37,964 nt of DNA from a virus. Its lineage: Duplodnaviria > Caudoviricetes. Where the stretch lies: positions 1 through 37,964 of the IMG/VR virus record IMGVR_UViG_3300030372_002441; one strand, written 5' to 3'. The position numbers and the translations under genes were made by a program. A model generated the notes under the pieces. The model was given only the letters and a program-made list of their open reading frames with translations. It did no database searches and was not told the DNA's origin. Positions within the stretch are counted from its first letter, which is position 1, and each line of letters opens with the position of its first letter. This document shows positions 7,665-15,437 of this stretch, piece after piece.

Positions 7665-8308
7665 TAGAAACTCTCATAAGCATCAACTAGCTTAGTAAAT
7701 GACTCTTTTGTTTCATCATCGGAGTCTGTTAAAGCTCTTTTTATATCATCCACATTCACTTTATAGAGTGCTTGGTGTGATACATCGTCTGGCTTGTTTA
7801 TCTTTCCTCTGAGAAGCTCTAAGTAAGCCACAGGGGTATCAGCAGTATCAACTGTAGAACCTTGTAAGTTCTTATAGCTGTAATGATTGTCTTCTATCTT
7901 GGGTGCTTTAGCTTTATTCTTAGTTGCATTTTCAACCTCAAAACTTGATGCGTATTCACCACCATGTAAACCAAGATTGGCTAATGCACGACCTATAGCT
8001 GACGTTTCACAGTTTTCCAGAGCAGAGGTCTTATTTATCATGCCCTCACCTCTAAACTCTTCTGCATGTCCGTCTGCCACCTTCTCCCATCTGCCATTTT
8101 GATAGATAGATATTTCGGCTCTCATACAGACCATTTTAAGATCAGCACTAACGATGTTGGTGTCAATCCTAGCATCAGTCCCAAACACATCTCTAAATAT
8201 CTCAAGTCTTGTTGCAACTTGTGAATAAAGTTTTTTGTGTATTCGCACCTTATCTTCTTCTGGAAGATTGTTTATTTTTTGTATCGCTTCATTTAATAAG
8301 TTTTTCAT
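7664..8308 (-). CDS. Single-strand annealing protein (Rad52/Sak-like)
   Basis: Y..VATRL..FR, GHAEE, INKTSALENCETSAIGRALANLG; adjacent to the exonuclease; start at 8308 (or 8323). Confidence 0.7.
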   Translation of the reverse strand: MKNLLNEAIQKINNLPEEDKVRIHKKLYSQVATRLEIFRDVFGTDARIDTNIVSADLKMVCMRAEISIYQNGRWEKVADGHAEEFRGEGMINKTSALENCETSAIGRALANLGLHGGEYASSFEVENATKNKAKAPKIEDNHYSYKNLQGSTVDTADTPVAYLELLRGKINKPDDVSHQALYKVNVDDIKRALTDSDDETKESFTKLVDAYESF

Positions 8309-8310
8309 TT

Positions 8311-9102
8311 TTATATTTCCCATATTGATTTAGCAAACTCTATATCTTCTTCACTTGACCACATCCAAGAGTCAAAGTTTGGAACAAATAATCTTGCTAT
8401 CTCATATTTATCATTTGAATAAGAAAGCAAATTCATCACAGCTAAAGCAGTTTTTTCAACCACCTTGATATGCTGCTCAACATCCTTCACTTCCACCACT
8501 TTCACTTCTGCCTTAGACGAAGAAGCATATACATAATCAACCACAACATCACATTGTTTTGCAGTGGCATATACACTCATTTGTCGTTTAACAGAGTCAG
8601 GAACTTCGGAAGGCATACGACCAACAGTCTTTATGTCCCTCACCAATCCCTTATATTCCAAATCAATGTAGCCGATGATTCCAATTGGCACAGAGTCCAA
8701 CTGCAATCTAACTTCTTCTTGATAGGAAACTGGTTCGCCTAGCTGTTTATAAAATGGAATAGCTACGCTTAAATATTTTTCTATTGCTAATCTTTCTTTA
8801 CTGTATTTCTTTTCATCAATAGTCATTTCATCTTTGTAATGTTCATACAGTCCATCAAATCTAGCGATGGCTTGTTTGATTAGGTCTTCCATATAATCTT
8901 GATCTATTACTTTCTGGCTCATAAGCATCATACCGATAATCTGGTCAACAACTGTTCCTCTCCACATAGCAGGATTACCTTTGCCTTTAAAACCAAAGAG
9001 ATAACGAATAATAAACATACAGGGGTCATTTATGTATGTATTAAGTGATGATGCTGACAGGTGTTCTATGTCAAAGTTTGCAAATGGATTATTCTTCATC
9101 AT
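8311..9102 (-). CDS. PD-(D/E)xK exonuclease (RecB/Cas4-like fold)
   Basis: HLSASSL..Y..DP, GTVVD, IIGYIDL..RDIKT, QMSVY. Confidence 0.82.
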   Translation of the reverse strand: MMKNNPFANFDIEHLSASSLNTYINDPCMFIIRYLFGFKGKGNPAMWRGTVVDQIIGMMLMSQKVIDQDYMEDLIKQAIARFDGLYEHYKDEMTIDEKKYSKERLAIEKYLSVAIPFYKQLGEPVSYQEEVRLQLDSVPIGIIGYIDLEYKGLVRDIKTVGRMPSEVPDSVKRQMSVYATAKQCDVVVDYVYASSSKAEVKVVEVKDVEQHIKVVEKTALAVMNLLSYSNDKYEIARLFVPNFDSWMWSSEEDIEFAKSIWEI

Positions 9103-9322
9103 AATCCTCTGGATAGAGAAACTTATTCATCCTTTTCTCAACACCCTTCATAAGTTTGAGTTGATCTTTGTGAAAATCAACAGACCTCATACCTTTATCC
9201 TTTGCTCTCTTTTCAGCTTTTTCAAGTTGGCTTTTTATTCTCCAAATTATTGTATCAAGACCATTATAAAATCTGATTAGATTTAGTTCTTTTTTGGATA
9301 GTTCAAATTTAGGTTCTTTCAT
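9089..9322 (-). CDS. Hypothetical protein, first gene of the leftward operon
   Basis: AAGGAG SD, directly downstream of promoter 9354-9394. Confidence 0.7.
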   Translation of the reverse strand: MKEPKFELSKKELNLIRFYNGLDTIIWRIKSQLEKAEKRAKDKGMRSVDFHKDQLKLMKGVEKRMNKFLYPEDYDEE

Positions 9323-9353
9323 TTGTTCTCCTTTTCAAATTTATTAGTTGTAA

Positions 9354-9394
9354 ATCATACTCTCATAAAAAAAATTATCAACCCTTTTTAGGTT
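9354..9394 (-). promoter_or_regulatory. Leftward promoter with overlapping palindrome (copy 2)
   Basis: TTGATA-16-TATGAT; AACCCTTTTTAGGTT at 9380-9394. Confidence 0.78.
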
Positions 9395-9404
9395 TATTTA
9401 TTTA

Positions 9405-9420
9405 TGTTCCATGTAGAACA
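9405..9420. promoter_or_regulatory. 16-bp palindrome TGTTCCATGTAGAACA (CRP/Clr-box-like or parS-like)
   Basis: TGTTC-N6-GAACA dyad lying between the two divergent promoters. Confidence 0.55.
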
Positions 9421-9424
9421 AAAA

Positions 9425-9466
9425 AACCTTTTAAGGGTTTAATTCACCTTAATAATTTTATATAAT
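9425..9466 (+). promoter_or_regulatory. Rightward promoter of the cro-like gene with overlapping palindrome (copy 3, inverted)
   Basis: AACCTTTTAAGGGTT at 9425-9439; TTTAAT-17-TATAAT; GGAG SD downstream. Confidence 0.72.
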
Positions 9467-9485
9467 CCGTGTTTGGAGAATATTT

Positions 9486-9698
9486 ATGAAGCTCAAAGAA
9501 TATCTTAAAGAAAATAAATTCACACAACAGTCATTTCTTGATCATGTAGAAATGGCAAAAGGTGTAAAGATACCTCCATCAACTTTTGCTAAGTGGGTAA
9601 GAAGAATTAGAATACCTAGAAAGCAAGAAGCAGAAATCATTTATGATGTAACTTTAGGTGAAGTACAACCAAATGATTTTTATGATATAAAAAAATAA
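9486..9698 (+). CDS. Cro-like HTH transcriptional regulator
   Basis: MKLKEYL...TQQSF...STFAKW...RIPR...T.GEVQPNDFY; 70 aa; divergent from the early operon. Confidence 0.78.
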   Translation: MKLKEYLKENKFTQQSFLDHVEMAKGVKIPPSTFAKWVRRIRIPRKQEAEIIYDVTLGEVQPNDFYDIKK

Positions 9699-10541
9699 TT
9701 AATCGTGACAAAAACAAGTTTCTATAGTTTCATCTTCAAATAAGGTTTTCTGTCTCTTTGTAATATCAACAAGGTTTATATAATTTGGTCTATCTTTTCT
9801 AAATACTGCTCCACTTTGTTTACCAAATTTTGATTCTTGCTTTATCCACCATTCAGACAATTCAGGTCTTTCCTTAATTATTCCTTGCAAGGTTGTTGTG
9901 CTTTTCAAAAAACATAAATCACAATTACCTGCAGGTGTCTTTCCATTAAAGTTCAATAATTTAAGATCAAAATTACTTTTTTTCCAAAATTCACTAACAT
10001 CAAGTACTGTATGTCGTGCATCATACATAGGGGTTATATTTGTCCATGATTCATAATCATTAGCTTTTTTTGCATTAACAACTCTTCTTGGTTCATCATA
10101 TCTTAAACCTATGACACTATACCAAGTCTTGTAATTTTTTATTTTTCTCATAAATCTCTGCATAGTCTTTATTTTTAATTCACTACTGCAAAATCTAGCA
10201 ACAGGGTTTGGCAAAATTTTTCTTTGGTCTATTAATCTCTCAAAAGGTTCTCCATTTCTACTTGCTGTGGTGTAATTTACGATCTTTGTTCTATGTATAG
10301 GTCTTTCATCGCCAAAATAATGTTCCACCCAATTTATATGTACATCCCATTTTTTTGAAATTTCATTTATAAAATTTAGTGTTTCAGGTGCTTCCTTTCC
10401 TGTGTTAGCAAACACAACGTGAATATCATCTGGTAATTTTCCATTGTAAGCATTCAGTATATTCCATAACATAAATCCTGATGTTCTCCCACCACTAAAA
10501 CTAATTAATGCAGGGGTGGGTATTTTATACGGATTTATCAT
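9699..10541 (-). CDS. PAPS reductase-like (adenine nucleotide alpha-hydrolase) protein with Cys clusters
   Basis: Read from the sequence it is on the MINUS strand (CAT at 10539-41, TTA at 9699-9701) although the track says +; PP-loop SFSGGRTS, FANTGKE, RFCS..LK, GLRYDE..R, GNCDLCF, CFCHD. Confidence 0.82.
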   Translation of the reverse strand: MINPYKIPTPALISFSGGRTSGFMLWNILNAYNGKLPDDIHVVFANTGKEAPETLNFINEISKKWDVHINWVEHYFGDERPIHRTKIVNYTTASRNGEPFERLIDQRKILPNPVARFCSSELKIKTMQRFMRKIKNYKTWYSVIGLRYDEPRRVVNAKKANDYESWTNITPMYDARHTVLDVSEFWKKSNFDLKLLNFNGKTPAGNCDLCFLKSTTTLQGIIKERPELSEWWIKQESKFGKQSGAVFRKDRPNYINLVDITKRQKTLFEDETIETCFCHD

Positions 10542-11188
10542 ATTTCTAATTCTATCGCCCAGTCTGGAGACCTATCTAAATTCTTAAAATCTTTTTTGGT
10601 TTCTGGGATATGTTGTACTTCATCATTCCATCTTTCATGATGAATCCATTTTCTAGGATGTGGAATAAATTGTATTTCAGTATGCTTTGCAAGTTTAGAA
10701 TATTCAGCAACTTGTTCTAAGACTCTGTTCATATCTTTTTTGTTGATTTTACAGAAAGCTGTAAAGGCATCTTTCTTCGCAACCTTTCTTGGATAGAGTT
10801 TCCAAAAGCAATCAAAATGCTTCTTGTAATATAAGGTTTTTGTATCTTCTTTTGTATTGTTAGGTGCTGACACCCCATCCCTACTGGTTTTAAGACGGGT
10901 AGGGGTGGAAACACCCAATGGGAGCAATAGAGTGTATTTATTAGATGTATAACCACCATCACCCTTTTTTCTATGCTCAATTCTAAGCAATCCCATTGAC
11001 TCAAACTCTCTGATAGTTTGTCCGACTCCTTTGGTATCTTTAAGACCGATCTTATCTGCTATGTGTCGGTGAGAGGGATAGCATTGATTGTTTTCATCTG
11101 CATAACTTCCTAACAGAAGTAATATAAGTTTTTTAGTGGGTGAGAGACCCTCAGTGTTCCATGCACTGTTCATCATTTCTATAGACAT
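10538..11188 (-). CDS. Replication initiator / replisome organiser with N-terminal HTH
   Basis: LSPTKKLILLLL..YAD...CYPS...IA (winged HTH); C-terminal F..FWKLYPRK..K..A and FIPHP..W....RW. Confidence 0.78.
   Translation of the reverse strand: MSIEMMNSAWNTEGLSPTKKLILLLLGSYADENNQCYPSHRHIADKIGLKDTKGVGQTIREFESMGLLRIEHRKKGDGGYTSNKYTLLLPLGVSTPTRLKTSRDGVSAPNNTKEDTKTLYYKKHFDCFWKLYPRKVAKKDAFTAFCKINKKDMNRVLEQVAEYSKLAKHTEIQFIPHPRKWIHHERWNDEVQHIPETKKDFKNLDRSPDWAIELEI
10862..10916. repeat. Possible iterons / replication origin inside the initiator gene
   Basis: AGGTGCTGACACCC (10862-75) and GGGTGGAAACACCC (10903-16) in a GC-rich interdomain linker next to an A/T-rich tract. Confidence 0.35.
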
Positions 11189-11209
11189 AAATTTTTACCT
11201 CAAAGAAAG

Positions 11210-11251
11210 ATTATTAACTAACACAAAACTTTTGTAAACCCTTTCTGGGTT
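11210..11251 (-). promoter_or_regulatory. Leftward promoter of the replication genes with overlapping palindrome (copy 4)
   Basis: TTTACA-17-AATAAT; AACCCTTTCTGGGTT at 11237-11251; GAGG SD downstream. Confidence 0.68.
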
Positions 11252-11410
11252 TTATATAGATTTACTTACTATAAAAGTTCTAATCCCTTTTCTTGTTTCC
11301 CTTTTATATCTTGAGTAAGCATCTACAAAAGATGTTGTCCTTCCTACTGTATAAAAATTCTTCAATATTGGTTCACCTGTTAGGTGTTGCTTGATTAAAT
11401 ACGTTTTCAT
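11252..11410 (-). CDS. Small basic hypothetical protein, 52 aa (not in ORF track)
   Basis: GAGGA SD; MKTYLIKQHLTGEPILKNF...; flanked by two palindrome-promoters. Confidence 0.65.
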   Translation of the reverse strand: MKTYLIKQHLTGEPILKNFYTVGRTTSFVDAYSRYKRETRKGIRTFIVSKSI

Positions 11411-11440
11411 TTTATTCCTCAAAAGTAGATTTAATTACAA

Positions 11441-11481
11441 ACTTTATACATAAATCTAAATATATCAACCCTTTTTGGGTT
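11441..11481 (-). promoter_or_regulatory. Leftward promoter with overlapping palindrome (copy 5)
   Basis: TTGATA-16-TAAAGT; AACCCTTTTTGGGTT at 11467-11481. Confidence 0.75.
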
Positions 11482-11558
11482 TTTATATGTATATTTTTAT
11501 GCTTATGTTGTAATAATGGTCTTTTTTCGGCTATATTTCATGTAATATTTTGCAATAA

Positions 11559-12119
11559 ATGAACAAAAAAAGAACAAACAACCGATTTACAGACACACTC
11601 AAAAACAAATTACGCAATCAATTTGTGCATGGAATTCTAGTTGATGGAGAGACAACATTCCCCACACTTGATGATCTAATCACAAAAAACAAACTAGCAA
11701 AAAGCACTGTATATAAATTTGCAAGAGAGAACAATTGGAAAAAACAGAAAGATGAATTTTATGCAGAGTATTGTAAAAAGCTAGATAAAAAAAGAGCTTA
11801 TGATATGTCTGTTAAATCAAAGAAAATTGATGACCATAGCTTACTCTTATCAGAGGGGTTCTTCAAAACGATAGCTATTGAGTTGGACAAGCATAAAGCA
11901 TGTATAGACAAAGGAAGAAAAGGTCTCTCACCTCAACACATATCATCATTAGCACAAGCATTATCAATTACACAAAAAGTAGCTAAACTAGCTTTAGGAG
12001 AAGCGACACACAATATAGATGCAACAGTCAGCGAAAACAACCAAGCATTCAAAAGAGCTATGGAATTACTTGACTCAGTTGAAGACAGCAGAAGCAGAGA
12101 CATTCAAACTACGCACTGA
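11559..12119 (+). CDS. terS: Terminase small subunit (putative)
   Basis: Directly upstream of and overlapping TerL; N-terminal HTH-like region (TLDDL...STVYK...NW); helical body. Confidence 0.7.
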   Translation: MNKKRTNNRFTDTLKNKLRNQFVHGILVDGETTFPTLDDLITKNKLAKSTVYKFARENNWKKQKDEFYAEYCKKLDKKRAYDMSVKSKKIDDHSLLLSEGFFKTIAIELDKHKACIDKGRKGLSPQHISSLAQALSITQKVAKLALGEATHNIDATVSENNQAFKRAMELLDSVEDSRSRDIQTTH

Positions 12120-13326
12120 TTGGTTATCTACAGCAAGAGATAAACAACTTCAACCGAAAAAAGAACACAACATCTGGCTCATACTTGCAGGTAGAGGATG
12201 GGGTAAGACCAGAACAGGTTCTCAAGACATAGCTCTATATGCTCTTAGAAACCCAAACGTCAATTGTGCAGTTGTAGCTCCAACACACGGAGATTTGCGA
12301 AGGGTTTGCTTTGGTGGTGTGTCTGGATTGCTCTCTGTCATTCCGAAAGAGTGTTTGATGAAATCAAAAGATCAAAAAGGTTATTCATCCAGTGTTAATG
12401 AATTTAGACTTTACAATGGAAGTAAGATTACAGGATATGCTGCTCAAGAGCCAGACCGATTAAGGGGTTCACAGTTCCATAGAGCATGGTGTGATGAATT
12501 AGCATCTTGGAGATACCCTGAAGCATTTGATCAACTTATGTTTGGTCTTAGACTTGGAGACAAACCACAGTGCATTATTACAACAACACCTAAACCTACA
12601 AAAATAATAAAAGACTTGATAGAAAGAGATGATGTCGTAATTACCAGAGGTTCAACCTTTGAGAATGAAGATAACTTAGCAGAGAGTGCTTTATCTATGT
12701 TGAAGGACAAATACGAAGGTACAAAGATGGGTAGACAGGAACTTTATGCAGAGGTTATTGAAACAGTAGAAGGTGCTTTGTGGAATCAAGAAATGATTGA
12801 CAGAACTAGAATGCCAAAAGACACCGAGAGAGATTTAAGTAAAATTATTATTGCGATTGACCCTGCTGTAACTGCAAATCAAAACTCTGATGAAACAGGT
12901 ATTGTGGTTGTTGGCAAAGACTATAGTAATAACTTTTATGTCCTTGAAGATTCCTCTGGAAGACATAGTGCTGAAAAATGGGGTACAATTGCAGTAAACT
13001 TATATCACGATTGGGATGCCAATTATATAGTTGCAGAAACAAATAATGGTGGAGACCTTGTGGAGAGACTAATAAGAAACATTGACCCAAGTGTGCCTTA
13101 TAGAAGTGTGAGGGCAACCAGAGGGAAGATACTTAGAGCAGAACCAATCTCAAGTTTGTATGAACAAGATAGGGTAAAACATTTAGGTATGTTTCCTGAG
13201 TTAGAACAGCAAATGTGCAGTTATACAGGCGAACTAAACACTTCACCTGATAGACTTGATGCTTTAGTATGGGGTTTGACAGAACTAAGCAAGTCAACAG
13301 GAAAAGCTGAATGGAGAATTAGCTAA
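12019..13326 (+). CDS. terL: Terminase large subunit
   Basis: Walker A AGRGWGKT, Walker B AWCDE, TTTP, nuclease IAIDPA and PDRLDA; true start may be TTG 12070 or 12079. Confidence 0.95.
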   Translation: MQQSAKTTKHSKELWNYLTQLKTAEAETFKLRTDWLSTARDKQLQPKKEHNIWLILAGRGWGKTRTGSQDIALYALRNPNVNCAVVAPTHGDLRRVCFGGVSGLLSVIPKECLMKSKDQKGYSSSVNEFRLYNGSKITGYAAQEPDRLRGSQFHRAWCDELASWRYPEAFDQLMFGLRLGDKPQCIITTTPKPTKIIKDLIERDDVVITRGSTFENEDNLAESALSMLKDKYEGTKMGRQELYAEVIETVEGALWNQEMIDRTRMPKDTERDLSKIIIAIDPAVTANQNSDETGIVVVGKDYSNNFYVLEDSSGRHSAEKWGTIAVNLYHDWDANYIVAETNNGGDLVERLIRNIDPSVPYRSVRATRGKILRAEPISSLYEQDRVKHLGMFPELEQQMCSYTGELNTSPDRLDALVWGLTELSKSTGKAEWRIS

Positions 13327-15437
13327 TGGCAGACAACAGAAACATATTTCAAAGGATTTTCAACTTAGGAGCAGAGCAAAAGCAATCCAGTATGATGGGT
13401 TATTTTGGTGTCGGTTCACAAAAAACTAAAAATTATTCTTATAGTGATCTAGCAAATGAAGGGTATTTGAAGAATGCAATCGTTTATAGATGTGTAAATG
13501 AAATATCAAAGGGTGCATCAGCAGTACCTTTTGTTATAAAAGATGGAGACCAAATATTAGAAGAACACCCTCTAATAGATTTACTTAATAGACCTAATCC
13601 TTTACAAAGTTATTCAGAGTTTTTTAACAGTCTGTATGGATACCTGTTATTAAGTGGTAATGCCTATATTCTGAAAGTTGGTAGTGATATGGGAACTCCT
13701 CAAGAACTTCATCAACTTAGACCTGACAGAATTGAAATCAAAGGTGGTACGTCTGCCATACCTGAAAAATACTGTTATAAAATTAATGGGAGGATGAAAG
13801 CTGAATATATGGTTGACCAAGAAAGTGGCTTCTCCGAACTTAAACACGTTAAGCTATGGCATCCTTTAGACGATTATTATGGACAATCACCATTAAATGC
13901 TGCATCTGTTGAAGTTGACCAATTTAATCTCTCTAGCACACACAATGTAAATCTTTTGGAGAATGGAGCAAGACCAAGTGGAGCAGTTATATTTAAACCC
14001 AAAGATGATGCAGGATATTCAGTCAATCTAACCGAAGCTCAAAGACAACAATTATTAACAGATTTAAACAATAGATTCAAAGGCACAAATAATGCAGGTA
14101 GACCATTGTTGTTAGAAGGTGATTTTGACTGGCGTGAGATGGCTCTAACACCACGAGATATGGATTTTGCAAAGATGAAACACATGAGTGCAACTGATAT
14201 AGCACTTTGTTTTGGAGTACCATCACAATTAGTTGGAGTACCTGATGCACAGACTTACGCAAACGTGGCAGAAGCTAGACTTGCCTTATATGAAGAAACG
14301 ATCATTCCACATCTCAAAAAGATAGCTAGTGATTTAAACGAGTGGCTTGTACCTATGTTTGGTGAAAACTTAAACCTTTCATTTGATATAGATTCCATTC
14401 CTGCACTTTCAGAAAGACGTAAAAAGATTTATGAGAATGTAACCAGTGCAGTAAGAGAAGGAATTATGACAAGGAATGAAGCAAGAAAGATAGTTGGCTT
14501 AGAACCTGTTGATGGTGCTGATGGTCTTTATATATCAGCAACCTTGTTTCCTCTCAATGAGGAAGCTGTCCCTACACCAGAGGTTACAGATAATGATGAA
14601 GATGCAAAAGACTATGAAGAGTATCTGGATGAAGATTTTAAAAATGATGAGATTACTAATTTTCCAAAAAGAGGGGATGATAAAAAAATATCTTTACGCA
14701 ACTCCAACTACCCTCAGTTTGATTATGAGTTTGCTTCTAATGTAAAAGATGGCAATGAAGATATCTGGAGAGCAGGTGGCAACATTAGAGGTAATGAAGC
14801 ATTTATGTTATGGAGCAGAGCCAGACAAGGTTCAGAAACCCCTGCTGTATTAGATTGGATAAAAGAAAGAGAAGCATGGGCAGCTAGACATTTTAGAGAT
14901 GGCAGACAGTTCTCCGATGGCTCTTTAGAACCTAACTTATCCAATGTCGCAGGTGTGATTAGTCAGCTTAAATGGGGAGTAATTGGTACTCTAGGTGAAC
15001 AAGGTATGAAAGATGTGGTCTTAGAACTTACCAAAAAACTAGAAGGTAGAAAAGATGATCTTGAATTTAGTAATCAGTATTGGTGGATGCTCATTGACGA
15101 AAAAGATATGTCAGACAAAGAAGAAGAAAAACAAGTTTCTGCAAAAGTAAAAGAAGCTCTTAAAAATAAAGTAGATGAACACAACGAAAAGTATGGAAGC
15201 AATCCGACTAAAAGGGTAACACTAAGAACTCTTGAAGCTGTGTTCCGTAGGGGTGTGGGAGCTTTCAATCAGAATCCATCTTCGGTACGTCCTGCAGTAA
15301 GAAGACAAGGTGGTGCTGATCGTTGGGCATACGCCAGAACGAACAGCTACTTATTTGCCCTGCGAACAGGAAGGTTTCAAGGTGGCAAACATGATACTGA
15401 TTTATTTCCAAAGGGACATCCACTATCTTCTAAATGA
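13326..15437 (+). CDS. HK97-family portal protein with about 290-aa C-terminal extension
   Basis: VYRCVNEI, LLNRPNP, GNAY, YGQSPL, NGARPSG, IALCFGVP, TRNEAR; then an acidic linker and extra domains. Confidence 0.93.
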   Translation: MADNRNIFQRIFNLGAEQKQSSMMGYFGVGSQKTKNYSYSDLANEGYLKNAIVYRCVNEISKGASAVPFVIKDGDQILEEHPLIDLLNRPNPLQSYSEFFNSLYGYLLLSGNAYILKVGSDMGTPQELHQLRPDRIEIKGGTSAIPEKYCYKINGRMKAEYMVDQESGFSELKHVKLWHPLDDYYGQSPLNAASVEVDQFNLSSTHNVNLLENGARPSGAVIFKPKDDAGYSVNLTEAQRQQLLTDLNNRFKGTNNAGRPLLLEGDFDWREMALTPRDMDFAKMKHMSATDIALCFGVPSQLVGVPDAQTYANVAEARLALYEETIIPHLKKIASDLNEWLVPMFGENLNLSFDIDSIPALSERRKKIYENVTSAVREGIMTRNEARKIVGLEPVDGADGLYISATLFPLNEEAVPTPEVTDNDEDAKDYEEYLDEDFKNDEITNFPKRGDDKKISLRNSNYPQFDYEFASNVKDGNEDIWRAGGNIRGNEAFMLWSRARQGSETPAVLDWIKEREAWAARHFRDGRQFSDGSLEPNLSNVAGVISQLKWGVIGTLGEQGMKDVVLELTKKLEGRKDDLEFSNQYWWMLIDEKDMSDKEEEKQVSAKVKEALKNKVDEHNEKYGSNPTKRVTLRTLEAVFRRGVGAFNQNPSSVRPAVRRQGGADRWAYARTNSYLFALRTGRFQGGKHDTDLFPKGHPLSSK

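Noticed and set aside
8311-9102. Cas4 as part of a CRISPR system
   Set aside because: No Fe-S Cys cluster and no cas genes or array; context is a phage recombination module
9699-10541. ORF-track assignment of this gene to the + strand
   Set aside because: The listed protein is encoded by the reverse complement (ATG at 10541 reading leftward, TAA at 9701-9699)
12019-12119. Programmed TerS-TerL frameshift fusion
   Set aside because: The overlap is explained by alternative TTG starts (12070, 12079) and no slippery heptamer was seen
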